Source: Sphyrna mokarran
Lineage: Eukaryota
Assembly: GCA_024679065.1 (NCBI GenBank)
Contig: JAGIQG010000017.1
Span: forward strand, 40,672,001-40,736,000
Direction of reading: 5' to 3'
Length of the DNA stretch: 64,000 bases
Each line of letters starts with the position of its first letter. The first letter of the stretch is position 1. Positions 1-12,214 of the stretch are shown here, piece after piece. The translations under genes and the position numbers were made by a program. A model generated the notes under the pieces. It worked only from the letters and a program-made list of their open reading frames with translations. It was not told the origin of the DNA and made no database searches.

Positions 1-332
1 GGAGTATAATATTAGCAAGTGTGAGGTTATCACTTTGGTAGGAATAAGGGTAGGAAGGATTACTATTTAAATGGCAAAAAGCTGCAGCATGCGATGGTGC
101 AGAGGGACCTGAGGGTCCTTGTGCACGAATCGTAAAAACACAGTATGCAGATGCAGCAAGTGATTAAGAAGGCAAATGCAATGCTTTATATCTAGAGGGA
201 TAGAATATAAAAGTAGGGAGGTATTTTTGCAGCTGTATAGGGTGCAATAAGATCAGCCATGATCTTATTGAATGGCAGGTCTGGCTTGAGGGGCTGGATG
301 GCTTACTCCTGCTCCTATTTCTTATGTTCTTA
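1..332 (+). mobile_element. CR1-clade LINE 3' fragment with internal deletion
   Basis: Aligns by eye to the CR1 copy at ~30145-30960 (AAGTGTGAGGTTAT, GGGTCCTTGTGCAC, GGGATAGAATATAAAAG). Jumps at ~250 directly to the 3' UTR (AGATCAGCCATGATC...CCTGCTCCTATTTCTTATGTTCTTA). Confidence 0.85.
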
Positions 333-426
333 AATGCAACTGGAGACACTTCCTGCACACACATTAACACTGGAGCACTGTAAACGTTCCTGGCCTCCCA
401 TACTAAGCAAGAAGATACTCGTCTTT

Positions 427-703
427 AGCGGCATGGTAGCACAGTGGTTAGCACTGCTGCATCACAGCTCCAGGATCCTGGGTTTGATTCCCTGCTCCAG
501 TCACTGTCTGTGTGGAGTTGGCACACTCTCCTCATATCTGCGTAGGTTTCCTCCCACAGTCCAAAGATGTGCGGGTTAGGTTGATTGGCCATTCAAAGAA
601 ATTGCCCCTTAGTGTCTAGGGATGTGTAGGTTAGGGAGATTAGTGGGTATAATATAGAGGGATATGGGGGTAGGGCCTGGATGGGACTATGTTCGATGCA
701 GGG
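427..703 (+). mobile_element. tRNA-derived V-SINE (HE1-like)
   Basis: A-box TGGTAGCACAGTGG, B-box GGTTTGATTCC, V-domain CTGTCTGTGTGGAGTT...GGTTTCCTCCCACAGTCCAAAGATGTGCGGGTTAGGTTGATTGGCC. Homologous copies at 26698, 27020 and 47322. Confidence 0.85.
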
Positions 704-1074
704 TTATATGATTCTAGTCCTTCATCTACCCATTATACAGTCGGTGACTGCGGCGACTTCTCCCAGATTGCTCCTTGGTGAAGTCTCTCTGCTGCCTCTG
801 CTGGAGGTTGTATGCTGGGAACTGGTAATTTAAAAAATGTAAACAATTCCTACTGTCCAGAATAATTTTGTATCTGTTTGGGGGAGCATTACCTTCTATA
901 TACTTGGGGAAACGTTTATTTCCTACATGTATATTGATGAAGGTTAAACACAAGTGCTTTTGTTGTTAATTTACACTTTAAAATAAATTTGTAGATTTCC
1001 GTTTCCATAATGACATTTAATTCTTAGCTTTTTGGGAACCTTATGTTCCAATAAATTTTTTAGTCTCTTTAGCG

Positions 1075-1500
1075 ACCACTCATGAGTATGATTGTCCACC
1101 TGAAAAACTCCATGTCACTGGCCATGAATTCTGTAGATCTTTGAGTGCCTGATGAGCCTGATCCTAGAACTGCGCCTCTGACCTGTATGGAAGGTGAAAT
1201 TGGTTCTTGGACTTGAGGTCATGGGCGTTTCTTTCCCAGACTGCTTTTCCAGACCTTTTCTTACTGTCTGGTGTTCTTGAAAAATCATGTCCCTTCAAAC
1301 AAGAGGTTCTTTCAAGTCAGTCTCTTCAGAACAAGGACCTCTCAGATGTTGGCATCTATGTTGCCTTTCTTGAGGTGAGCCTTGAGTGTATGTTCAAAGC
1401 ACTTCCTTTGCTGTCCTCTTGGGTGCTTTCCTTGAGCTGACCGAAGAAGATTTGCTTTGGTAGTTGAGAGGCTGGCATCCTAAGCGTGTGACTGGCTCTG
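1075..1500 (-). mobile_element. RTE-clade LINE 3' remnant (degenerate)
   Basis: Resembles the left ends of the RTE copies at 20335 and 25690 (TGTAGATCTTTGAGTGCCTGATGAGCC, TTCCTTGAGCTGACCGAAGAAG). Confidence 0.55.
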
Positions 1501-1739
1501 TGGAGTTGGGTACAGTAAAACGCAACGCTCATTAAATATGTGTTAACTCTTTTCAGTAAGTTATATCATGAAGAAATGTCTCATATAGCAGAGGATGATT
1601 TGATTGTTCAGCACTTGTTTCAAAAATTTTGTTTCTAGTACTACTTGCGCACTATCATGACGACAAATTTTTGACTTTCACAATTCCACAGCAAAAATCT
1701 TGCTTTTCTATGTTTAAAAACTAAATAATGCAAATTACA

Positions 1740-1905
1740 AATTCAATTGATTGACCAATGTAATTTATTGTTTATGGTTCCTTGTATGCATATTGGTTGC
1801 AGTGTTTGCCAGTGCAACAAGAATGAATACGTGTTGCAGTTAATTGGTTGTGAAGTGTTTTGGAACATTCCAAGGATGTAAGCAACATGTAACTGCATTT
1901 TCAAT
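1740..1905 (+). mobile_element. Deu-SINE/L2-type 3' tail remnant
   Basis: TAATTGGTTGTGAAGTGTTTTGGAACATTCCAAGGATGTAAG resembles the recalled AmnSINE/SacSINE tail. Reverse copies at 11440 and 59090. Confidence 0.55.
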
Positions 1906-2784
1906 CAAGGACGGATTATTCCTGTTTTCTGGTTGGGCAGTTTGAGCATATTGTGTGGTTCTACACTGAAATAATTGCACAGGAAATTACTTGTGATTTT
2001 CCATCAACTGAGTTACTAGCTTCTATAGCAATGAGGGGAGCCATGTTGTCTCACCCCACACAGCTGTACATCTTCTTTTGGTCAGTTATAGAAAACCATT
2101 GGTTGAAGCTTTGATCTGTAGGATTTAATAGCACGGTAAAAGGCCATTCTTTCAATTCATTGTTTGCGATCTGTTGATTAGAGCAATCAAAAAATAACCC
2201 CACTGCTCATCCTCATCTTTACTATTGGTAATGAAGACATTCTTTTAAAATGTATGAAATCTCCTTTTTGCTGTATTGATGAGCAATTTTCCTCTGGGAT
2301 GCTCAGTGTCCTTGTACTGAACATTCCGTGCCCAGATCAGAAATAGTAGTGTTGAATCAAAAGAAGAAAAGTTGTGTTTGAAAAGGGCAGAGAAAGTGAA
2401 TAGCTCTTTCAGAGGTAGCAAATGCTTGATAGATCAAATGAAGATGTGTTCTGAAAAATTTTTATTATTTATACCATGACTTTGGTTCTTCATTAAAATA
2501 ATTGTTATAAATATATTCTAAAGATATTGTACTATAAAGTTTGGAAAAGATTCGCAGTGAAATTTCTTGACTTAAACTGGGATTTTTTAACATTGCAGAA
2601 TTATTAGGAACAAAGAAAATGTAAAGTATTTTAAATGGTAGCAAGTTAATATTTAAGAGCACTAGGTTAGAGCTTCCATATACAATACTTGTTTTAAAAA
2701 AATCTAATTTGTGCTCTACCATTTATAAAGTGACCTACTTCCATATCTTATCTTCCCCCCCCTGCCCTCACAAATCCCCAAACT

Positions 2785-3078
2785 TCAAATACCTAGAAAG
2801 GCAAGAACAGCAGATACATGGGAACACTAATACCAGTTAATTCCTCTCCTAATATCAGCAAATTCCCCTCTAAGTTGCACACTGTCCCTACTTAAAACTA
2901 TATCCCCATTCTTTCACTGTCTCTGGGTCAAAATCCTGGAGCTCCCTTCCTATCATCACTGTGGATGTTCCTACATATGGACTGCTGTGGCTCAAGTAAA
3001 GAGCATACCACCATACCTTGAGGGCATTTCAAGATGGGCAGTGAATGCTGGCCAAGCCCACATCCCATTATCGAATAT
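2785..3078 (+). mobile_element. CR1/L2-group LINE 3' end (tail shared with the Meta-type SINEs)
   Basis: GGGTCAAAATCCTGGAGCTCCCTTCCTA...GATGGGCAGTGAATGCTGGCCAAGCCCACATCCCA. Reverse copy at 43075-43390. Confidence 0.75.
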
Positions 3079-3304
3079 ATATTTCTAAAAATTATCCTTG
3101 TCAAGCACTCGTAATAGTTTTGGTATCATTATCAACTGGACCATAAATATTCACCAAATGTTATTAACAATGATTTTAATAATTGGACATGTGAAGTTCA
3201 GTTGCTCTCTTTCAGAAACTACCTGGTGTCATCCCAGTAAATCTGTGTTGTGCATTCTCGGTAGCTGTAATGTTTTTTTTTCTGTAATGGAACATACAAA
3301 TTGT

Positions 3305-3395
3305 ATGGTTTCAGGTTTGTTAAATGTTAACTCTGTTTCTCTTTTCCCAGATGCTGCCTAGACTTCTGACTAATTCCAACATTTTCTCTTCTATT
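3305..3395. repeat. Penelope-like terminal remnant (half palindrome)
   Basis: AATGTTAACTCTGTTTCTC...CAGATGCTGCCTAGACTTCTGACTAATTCCAACA is the reverse complement of the arm at 63540-63600. Confidence 0.6.
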
Positions 3396-3589
3396 GATAA
3401 TGTTTAAAATAGCTATACATTTCCAGTCACACAGTCTCTGTTCTAACACACACCCTTCAACATCTTTCCATTGATTGTGTACTTATTCTTTATTTTTCAG
3501 TCAAAATGTCACTTCTCAGTTATCTGCTTTATATCTGACTGTTCTCCAACTCTTTTGCCAACATGTGCAACTGAATGACTGGTTAATCT

Positions 3590-4035
3590 GTATTCAAAAA
3601 GGAACAAGTGTGAAATGAACAAGAATTGCAACTTTTAGTATATTAGTGTAGGCAAACTCTTAGAATCTTTGAGCTAAAATTACTGCAGTGAGCATTTAGA
3701 AAGGCACATGTTAATTAAGGCCAGCCATGATTTATATATTAAATGCAAGTTCTGCTTTAAAAAATGTGCTTTGAATAGTCAATGGAATAAAGGATATGCA
3801 GTAGATGTAGTGCACCTTAACCTTACAAACAGACTCATTAGAAAGATTCAGGCATACAGTATAAGAAAAGATGAATGGCAGAGAGATATTCCCTGGACTG
3901 ACAAAATATTGGGGTACACTAATTCCAACACATCATTTACAATATTTAGAAAAGGTTGGATCACTGAGGAATAATGGAGACAAATGCTTAGTTCTGGCTA
4001 CGTAGCTAACTTGGGTTAAGGATGCACAAACTCCA
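3590..4035 (+). mobile_element. Old CR1 RT-domain remnant
   Basis: ORF 3708-3974 (LIKASHD...AVDVVHL...RLIRKIQAY) resembles decayed CR1 RT segments (LI..SQHGF, VDVVYLDF, RL..K...YGI). Confidence 0.55.
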
Positions 4036-4539
4036 AACGTGCATCCTCTACATTTAAGTTTTCTACTTCTAACAAAAAATCTGCAAGTTATGTCTGAGCT
4101 GTGCCTTGATCCTCAATAGTTAGATTCCCTACGCTCTGATTTAACTCGTGCACTTGTAGAATTTCTTTCTATTTCCTTTTGTTATTTGCTGCCCTCTTAA
4201 TCTGTTTAAGACCTTCTAATCTTTCTCACTGCCCTGGTGCACTTTGCATATCCCATGTCTTACTCATTGTGAAAAAATATTGCAAAGATTCACTGGACGT
4301 TGATTCACAAAGATTCACTGGAAGTGACGTTGTCCTTTGGAGGATGCTCAGTTAAGTTGGTTTTAACTTAGAATCACAGCTGCTTAGTATGAGTCACTAC
4401 TGAATGAATGAGGACAGTCCCTGTCAGCAATATCTAGCAGTCTCGAAAAGTGACAAACTCTACCAGAAGTTCTCCATGAAAGAAATAAATTTTGTATTGT
4501 TAGTAAGCTATCAAAATCACTTTAATTTTAAGTAATGGT

Positions 4540-5185
4540 TTCCTGATAGTTCAGTGAGTTTATTCTGTGAATATCTGAACCACGAAGACCAGAAAGGCTT
4601 AAAGATTGGAAATAATTGGCAATAAAATCAAAAGGCAACATGAGGAAAAGGTTATTTTACTTTATTGCATCAGCTTCAAGCTGCAGGTTAAAAATACAAG
4701 CTAGAAGCATCAAGAATTTTAAGATTTTTCTACATTTATAACAAAGTGCAACCTTAAAGTTCAATCCAGATGACAGTAAGCTAGAGTCTGCCCATTGGCT
4801 ATTCTATTATCCATGTTTCCATGAAATAAATCCCACCCGTATCTGGGTGAGTTTTACCAGTTTTACTGGGCAAGTTACAATCTGGAATGAACAGCTTGAG
4901 AGAGGGTGGAGGCAGATTCAGTTGTGGCTTTCAAAAGGATAAGTACCTGAAAGGAAAATAATTACAGGGCTATGGACAAAGGGTGCAGTTGTGGGACTAG
5001 CTAAATTGTTCTTACAGGCATGGGTTTGATGGGCCAAATAGCCACCTTTGCTAATGTAATTATGCTGTAATTCTGTTCTGCTCACTCTCTTTGTGTTAAT
5101 GTTACCTGATTTCAGTTGTGATTTGAGGTGCAGAAGTCAAGTTGGCCTGAGTTATTGAACGGGAAGAGGAAAATTGGCCATAGCA
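4540..5185 (+). mobile_element. LF-SINE-like element split by a CR1 insertion (parts ~4540-4600 and ~5085-5185)
   Basis: TGAACCACGAAGACCAGAAAGGC continues, after the CR1, with TTGTGTTAATGTTACCTGATTTCAG...GTTGGCCTGAG...GGGAAGAGGAAAATTGGCCA. These follow consecutive segments of the recalled LF-SINE consensus. Confidence 0.55.
4601..5075 (+). mobile_element. CR1 3' fragment interrupted by an inverted duplication
   Basis: GGCAACATGAGGAAAAGG..TTTTAC | insert | ATCTGGAATG...GGAGGCAGATTCAG...CAGGGCTATGG...GATGGGCCAAATAGCC. The copy at 31840-31950 has the two halves contiguous. Confidence 0.75.
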
Positions 5186-5689
5186 CTTTTTATAAAATTG
5201 GGAGAGCAAAATTAAACAGGATGTCTTTTCCAGTGAATGGGTGGTACTTCTTGCACACGTGACTGTAACACTAACCAAGAACCCAGTCAGAGAGCCTGGT
5301 GAACTCTATTTTTAAATCGTTCTTATTTAAAGCCATGCGTTGGCCAAATGGACCAAGGAGCCACTGGGATTGGAAGTCAGGACAATATTCAGAAATTTGA
5401 GGAACCACAATTGTTCCTAAATTGTCATTATGGGAACTGGCTTCACATCAAGAGAGGTAACTAATGTGCTTGAGTAAACTTGCCTAGTAAAACTGGTAAA
5501 ACTCACCCAGATACGGGTGGGATTTCTTTCATGGAAACATGGATAATAGAATAGCCAATGGGCAGACTGTAGCTTACTGTCATCTGGATTGAACTTTAAG
5601 GTTGCACTTTGTTATAAATGTAGAATAATCTTAAAATTCTTGATGCTTCTAGCTTGTATTTTTAACCTGCAGCTTGAAGCTGATTCAAT
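4664..5689. repeat. 213-bp inverted repeat, arms 4664-4876 and 5477-5689, 600-nt spacer
   Basis: Manual reverse-complement comparison found about 5 substitutions and no indels across 213 bp. Confidence 0.95.
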
Positions 5690-6444
5690 CATTCTTACTT
5701 GCAAAGTTCCACAATCGAACGATAATTTCAATGACCTAACAAACATGTTAACTTTGATAAATGTCGCTTGTGACCTTGAAAAAACAAATTAGTTTACACA
5801 CTACTGAACTTGATAACAACATCATAATGTGTTATACATTTCTTGGTATAATACTGTCTTTAAAAATGCTGATTTTTAAGAAGTGATATTTTAAAACGAT
5901 ACAATCCATAATGAGTGGCATGACAAAGATTTATTCTAATATTATATTGGTATCTAGATGGTGACCTATTAGTGATTTTGTTTTTTTTTCAGCGATGATA
6001 CAATTCTAACCAATATGTATCAATAATCTGCTTTTTGGCTTCTGAAGTTAACTTGATTTGAAGGCAATTCCCATAATGTTGCGGGATAATTTACTAAATG
6101 GTTTCTCGAATTTCTGAAGAACAATTTTGTTGTCAATCACAAGTCATTGTTGTCATCAAGGACTTGAGATTATTTAGTTGGTTGATTTTTGCGTCATAAT
6201 TGATTATTTTCTTGAAGGTTTTTTGGGACTGTTTTCTTTGACATATGAGTCACCAAGAATGCAAAGGGCTTAAGGTTTAGTAGTGTGTGGGTTGGTATTT
6301 GAACTGGCTGTATTTATGATTGAAGTAACCATGCAACTGTCACCAAAACTGGAATTTCCATTGCTGCCCATTTCTCCATGGATTGAAAGTTATTGAAAAA
6401 GTATGCTTTTCACTTGGTGTTCTAAAGTGCTGCTGGTTGGCTTC

Positions 6445-6935
6445 CTATATTCTACCTTCTGTAAATATGAAAAATTCTCTGTCCATGTCCTTACCCAAAT
6501 CCTATTTCTTTAATTACCCTTGTGCTTGCTGACCTGCACTGGTTCTAGCTTAAGCAGTGTCTTGACTTGAAAATTCTTGCTTTCAAATCCCTCCATGTCA
6601 TTGCCCTTCCTATTTTTGTAATTTCACAGCCTCCACATCCATATGTCCATCTAATTCTCATCACTTGAGCATCCTTGATTTTAATCACTCCGTGGATGGC
6701 CATACCTTCAATTGACTAGGTTCTAAACTTTGGAATTCACTACCTAAATTTCTCCATCTCTCTACCTCACTACCTCCCTTTAAGATGCTCCTTAAAATTT
6801 CCTCCTCTGACCAAGCTTTTGGCCATCCTATCGACATGTCTCATTGTGGGGCTTGGTGCCTTACTTTGTTTTAAAATCCTCAATGGGGCACATTGAATAT
6901 TAAAATGCACTTTTATAAATGCAAGTTGTTGTTGA
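6445..6935 (+). mobile_element. L2-clade LINE 3' end
   Basis: CCCTTGTGCTTGCTGACCTGCACTGG (P.LA.LHW), CCTTTAAGATGCTCCTTAAAA, and terminal TATAAATGCAAGTTGTTGTTG tail. Confidence 0.75.
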
Positions 6936-8989
6936 TACTGGTGACAGCTTTTTATTTGAAGTACGAAGTTAGCATCCTAAATTATTTTTGAAAAACAGCT
7001 TCTGGCATTGTCTGCTAGTGGAGTTAGTTTTAATTTCAAGAGTTGTGCCATAAATTTTAAGGATGTAGAGAAAGCCACGTGATAGGTTTTTTTAATGTTC
7101 AAATGTTTATTCCATGTTAATGTCTTAAGTTCGTTCTTAAACTCAAGTTTTATTTTCACCAACTTAGATTATTCATGTTCCATTTTGTATATTCTGCCAC
7201 ATGTACTGTAGTAAAGGCTGAAGAGTCCCAACTACCCTTTGCAATGGGATGGAAAGTAGGCTCAGGTGGATGCTGAACATTAATCAAGTTTGAGAGACCA
7301 CACCAGTTCACTATGCAACAATCCTGCCATTGTACTATGGCAGTCTGATTTATCATGAACAACTTCATAGGAGATCTACTGACGTGTATTTGTCATCCCT
7401 GATTTTAATTGCATCACCATTGATGACTACCTTAAACTGTAAAGATTGTAAGCTTTGGACTTTCATCCCTAAAATATCTCTCCTCCTCCTTGTAATAAAC
7501 TGACAAAATTTTGGGCATGGGTGCATATTTACCCTGCAAATAAATTAATCATAGAGTCTTGCAGTGCAGAAGAAGGACGTGAGATGAGAATGAATTAAAC
7601 TGTACAAGATACTAGTGCACATTGAGCCATACTTTTACTGTTTATATTTCTCATCACCTGGCATTACAGGTTCTCCCTTTTTATGAGATGGTAGAAAGCG
7701 TGCTATTCCTTGCTCTTGATTGAAGACTTAGGGTGGTAATGTGATATCCTTCAGGAGGCTCGGATAGCTCAAATTTCATTATTTTACTTGGAGATTAATG
7801 AATGTATGGAAACTGTGTCCTGGGCAACAGTGCATGGTTTAAGTTGGGGAAAGTTTAAAATGTACTTTAAGGGGTGGATGCTTTCATTATGGTCATTGAG
7901 TGCATTGCATTTTCTATTCCTGTTCTTTCTGGGATAGTTGAGTGTTTACTCTGCATTCTTTGTTTTACAACTTCCATATTTTTGTCTTTAACATACTTTG
8001 CTTAAATAATTTGGCTTTTAGACCTTTCAGTATATTAACATGTAATCTTGTATATATAAAAAATCTGATCCGAAGTAGGCTATTTGGCTTCTCAGGCTTG
8101 CTCCGCTATTCAAAAATTAATTGCTAATCTAATTTCACTAATTCTAATTTTAGTGTATACAACCTAGACATACTTGGTAACTTACTGTGCAGTTAGATTG
8201 TACTTGTGCCTGAATATAGTGGGGTTTTTTTTGAGTGCACATTAATATGGAAAGTGGTTGTATAACTTCAGCATCAAATTTAATTTGCTACACAAGTGCA
8301 CAAAAATTCAGTTAATGCACAGCTTCTTGGTATTCAGCTAGTGTAAAGCAGCACATACAGATGAGTGAATTATATAAGTACAAGGAAGAGCAAAGATCGA
8401 TATTAATCCCCAAGTAATGCTGCACTGGATCCAAAAGCATCCCATTTTTCATGTAAACTAATCCCTGTGATAATTAATAATCAAGGTTTATGTCATGAAT
8501 GAAGCTTTGGACCCGATTTTGCAGTTAGCAGTGAATGAACTGAGTATTGACAGGGTGGGCATTGGGGGGAGGGGGGGGAAATGGATGCTGTGCTGTGCAA
8601 ACAAGGCATGCAACAGTGTACGTATCTCCCTAACCAACCAAATTGAAGATTTTTTTTACTTGAGATCCACAGAATTTAAAAAAAAGTGTAAATTAAATTG
8701 TTTAATCTAATGCCAATATATATGCAGAAAGTAAAATTGAAAGAAAGATGTAACTGAGAACAATTGGCAAAAAAAAGTTTTCCATAAATATAAAATTTAC
8801 AGTGCAAACAGAAACCATTTGGACCATTTTGAAAATGCTGGCTGCAAAAAAACAATAAAGTCTAGTCTTTTGGCTCATTAGTTTGCAATACTACAGGTGT
8901 ATGTACAGTATTTTTTTAAAATGTGATGAGTATTTGTGCCTTTCTCTTCTCTCCCCCTCCCCTTTCAGGAAATGAACACACACGCACAC

Positions 8990-9610
8990 ACACAATGCTA
9001 TGACAAAAATATTACTCCTCAATGCTCCACTAATCTTTCTACCAGTGAAACTAAATTTATGTACACTGGTTATTGCTTCCTCTACTAACAGAAATAGATC
9101 CTGCCTATCCATTCTATCTAGACTCTTGTAATTTTAAAAACCTAAAAGTAAATCTCCTATCAACCTCTTCTGCTCCAAAGGAAACAAGCACAATCAACCA
9201 AATATTTTCTTCATAGCTAACATTCAACATTTGTGGTATGATGTTTGTAAATTTCCTCTACCATTTCTATTGCAATCTCTTAATTCTTATAACATGGTAA
9301 CTAGAATTATGTGCAGTATTCTCATAGAGATCTAATGAGTGTTTTATACAATTCTAGCATAACCTCCCTAGTTTTATATTTAAATATAGGCAAATATCTT
9401 GTGTGCTTTATTAACCATCTTATTTGTCTGTCCTGCAACCTTCAGGCTTCTGTGGACTTGCACTCCAAGTTCTTCCTTGTTTCTCAGAATCCTGTTATTT
9501 ACTTTGTATCATCTTACCTTGCTTTCCTTTCTTGTATGCATTCACTCATAACTCAAGATTGAAATTCATTTGCTATTTTTTCTGTCCACCTGAACAAGCC
9601 ATTGATATCT
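8990..9610 (-). mobile_element. Old CR1 fragment
   Basis: AATCTCCTATCAACCTCTTCTGCTCCAAAGGAAAC and AGAATTATGTGCAGTATTC are reverse complements of CR1 ORF2 C-terminal motifs (FSLEQKRLRGDL, EYCVQF). Confidence 0.7.
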
Positions 9611-9695
9611 TTGTCTTTTTTCATTATCTGCATATTTAATCATGCTCGCTAGATCTAAGTCTAAATCAGCAAGATTTCAAAAAAATTCATGATCA

Positions 9696-10830
9696 ACTTA
9701 TGATCTCAGCTAATACTATTGGGCAGTCAGGTTCCAGAGTAGAACGCTGGCTTGATAGATTGTAACTTTATTTTTAGAGAATTGATGAACAGAGTCAGTC
9801 ATAGGATTGCTAACTAACTTTTAGCAAAACAACAAAACGCTTATTAAACAGGAAAATGTTGGCTATAATGCACTACTCCTTCATACCAATTATACCTTTA
9901 CAGCTTTACATAGATTTGTCAAGATAACATAAGTTAGAAAGTATATCTTGTGCTCTAACGTTAGCCAGTTCATCTGACTGGAACTTTATAGCTCCCATAT
10001 GAGGGTCTCCAGTCATCACTCGAAGGACACACTTTGGAATTTTCTCCCATGTGAGGCTTTCTTTCAGATGCCTTCACCAAGGATCAACATCTAGAATTTT
10101 AATTTGCTTTTGGTATTCCTCTTCCCTGGATCACTACGTGAGTTCAGTTTTCAGCACAATCTCTCGGATACCCAGTCATGCCAACAGAACACCACTGCTT
10201 CACAGACTGTATTAGGTTATCACCAACATTAGGACAACCTCACATGCCAACCTTTCCAGGTCTGCACTGGCAGCTCTCTTTTACAGGGAGTCTTTCTCTG
10301 TACTCCATTCTTTGTTAAATGTATTGCACCTGGTTCAGATTCTGATTCTTTGTCCCTTTGACTTCAGTCTTCCTGGGATGACTTGGTTCATTTCCTGATT
10401 TCTGGAACTTTGTTATGTAGCTTCAGGAATATACGTTCTGCCATTGCTTTATTATCCTGCCCATACTGGCAGCTTCTGTCAGGTTGGCGGGGTGGGAGGG
10501 GGAACCTTTCTTGACTCTTGGGTTACCTAGTTCCAACTGAATCTTAAGCTGTCTCTGCTTTTCAGCATGGGTCTCAAGTTGTTAAGCAATTGTTTTTTTC
10601 CCAAAAACCTTGCAATTATTTTTCTGTTCTAAAGCCTCAAGCACAATGGAAGCAAAATTTGAAGTGAAACTGAACTGTAGACATGTTCTATTTAACATGA
10701 ATCCAAAATGAAGTTTTAACTTTTTCTTAAAACCAAATACAAAAACACAAACTAAACTTTAAATATGCATCTTATTCCTAACACACACAATGCACATATA
10801 AATTACTTAAATGATTAATATTTCTCAACA
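9696..10830 (-). mobile_element. Solo-LTR-like element (~1.1 kb)
   Basis: Homologous at both ends to 61967-63197 (CCAGAGT(A/G)GAAC..TGGCT at the left; AAATTTGAA.TGAAAC...TTTAACATGAATC...ACATATA.ATTACTTAAA at the right). Ends ...CAACA; no coding capacity. Strand is tentative. Confidence 0.6.
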
Positions 10831-11439
10831 TAATCAATAAATAAAATTTGAAGAAATGGAACAAGGTACTTCTAAGGATGTGCCAGAGAGATTCATCACG
10901 CAGTTTAACATTTCATATACTCTTGAATAGACAACACTTTATTGGCATGAGTACTGATGCTTCATCCCATTCATGGGTTTCAGTGCTAAGTCTTTTGGTG
11001 AGATCCTATTGGAGTAAAGTAAATACTCTTGAAGGAGCAGGACCATTCAGAAAACACTTCCTGATTTTTGTGTCTGAGTGCGCTCATGCTGGTTTTAGAT
11101 GTTGCTATCCGATTTACTCCTTTCTAATGATCATTGATCACCTGCAAAATGTGGATTTTTGGGGTGCTACGTTATTTTTAGTCTTTATATAAAAGAGATC
11201 CACTGTTTGAAAACACATGGCAATCAATTAACTATCGTATAGTAAAGCACCAAACTTTAATGTTTCTTGTGCTTGTCAATTTCGGGAAATTGATAATTTG
11301 GGTTAGTGTTTTTTTGCTTCACTACTATATAGCAAATGGATTGTAATACCATTTCAAGTATCAAAACAGCAAGCAACCTGCTTCAATTAACGTTTTTGTG
11401 AAGCTTCACATCATGTAAACATGAAATAAAATCTGTTTA

Positions 11440-11600
11440 TATGACAAACAGTTGTGTATCCAGAATTTTTGGGATGCTTCACAACTAATGAATTACTTAT
11501 CCAGTGTTATTACCATTCCCAATGTGGGTAAATGTACCAATCAAATCATACACAGCAAAATCCAGGATCAAAGTGAAGACTTATCCTGTGTTTGACTCAG
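11440..11600 (-). mobile_element. Deu-SINE/L2-type tail remnant
   Basis: GATGCTTCACAACTAATGAATTACTT...ACACAGCAAAATCC is the reverse complement of the tail motif at 1740-1905. Confidence 0.5.
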
Positions 11601-12214
11601 TATCTTTCAGGAAGCCACAACAGTATTGAAGAATCTTTGTGACAAATAAAATAAATTAGATGCACATTTAAATATAAGAAAAGGGTCCTGATCTGTCTCT
11701 AGAATGTAGATATTACATTCTCAAACACTTGAGAAATCTTGAGTCTTATTGATGTTATAAGAAAGGTACTCCTGGCCATGTTCTGCTGACATTAAAAAAT
11801 AAACTAACTACTGGTGCAATATATCAAATGCCAAAAAATATCTAAAGTAACAGACAGCAAAGATCGTGTTTTGTTACTGGTGGCTTCTTTGGGAGTCTGA
11901 CTTTTTTTTGCACCTTTTCATGTTTCAGTGACCTTATGATTGCTTATCTTCATTATGTAACATATGTATGCTATTAAACTTTTAAAAAGTTTAGTAGAGC
12001 ATGTGGTAATCTCCCCAATAAAAAGCATGCTGTAATAAAAAATGTTTTTGGATTAAACATTATTTTCAGTCATGCTTTAAAATGTGGATTATCTGTTATT
12101 AAATTGTTTATTAACTTTTTAAAAAAACAAATGTCTGTTTCCAATCATTTAAAAGAACATTCTTTTTGCCAGTTTTCTTTTTGCACCCCTTATATCCTTG
12201 GATTATGGTTACCT

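Noticed and set aside
427-500. tRNA genes at A/B-box motifs (also 26698, 47450, 55830, 56120)
   Set aside because: No complete cloverleaf is evident and each runs into a SINE body.
4283-4332. Short duplication of CAAAGATTCACTGGA / GACGTTG
   Set aside because: Only two short units; a local slippage scar, not an array or CRISPR-like structure.
4664-5689. DNA transposon with 213-bp TIRs
   Set aside because: No TSD or transposase, and the host CR1 continues across the left arm into the spacer, which a TIR insertion would not produce.
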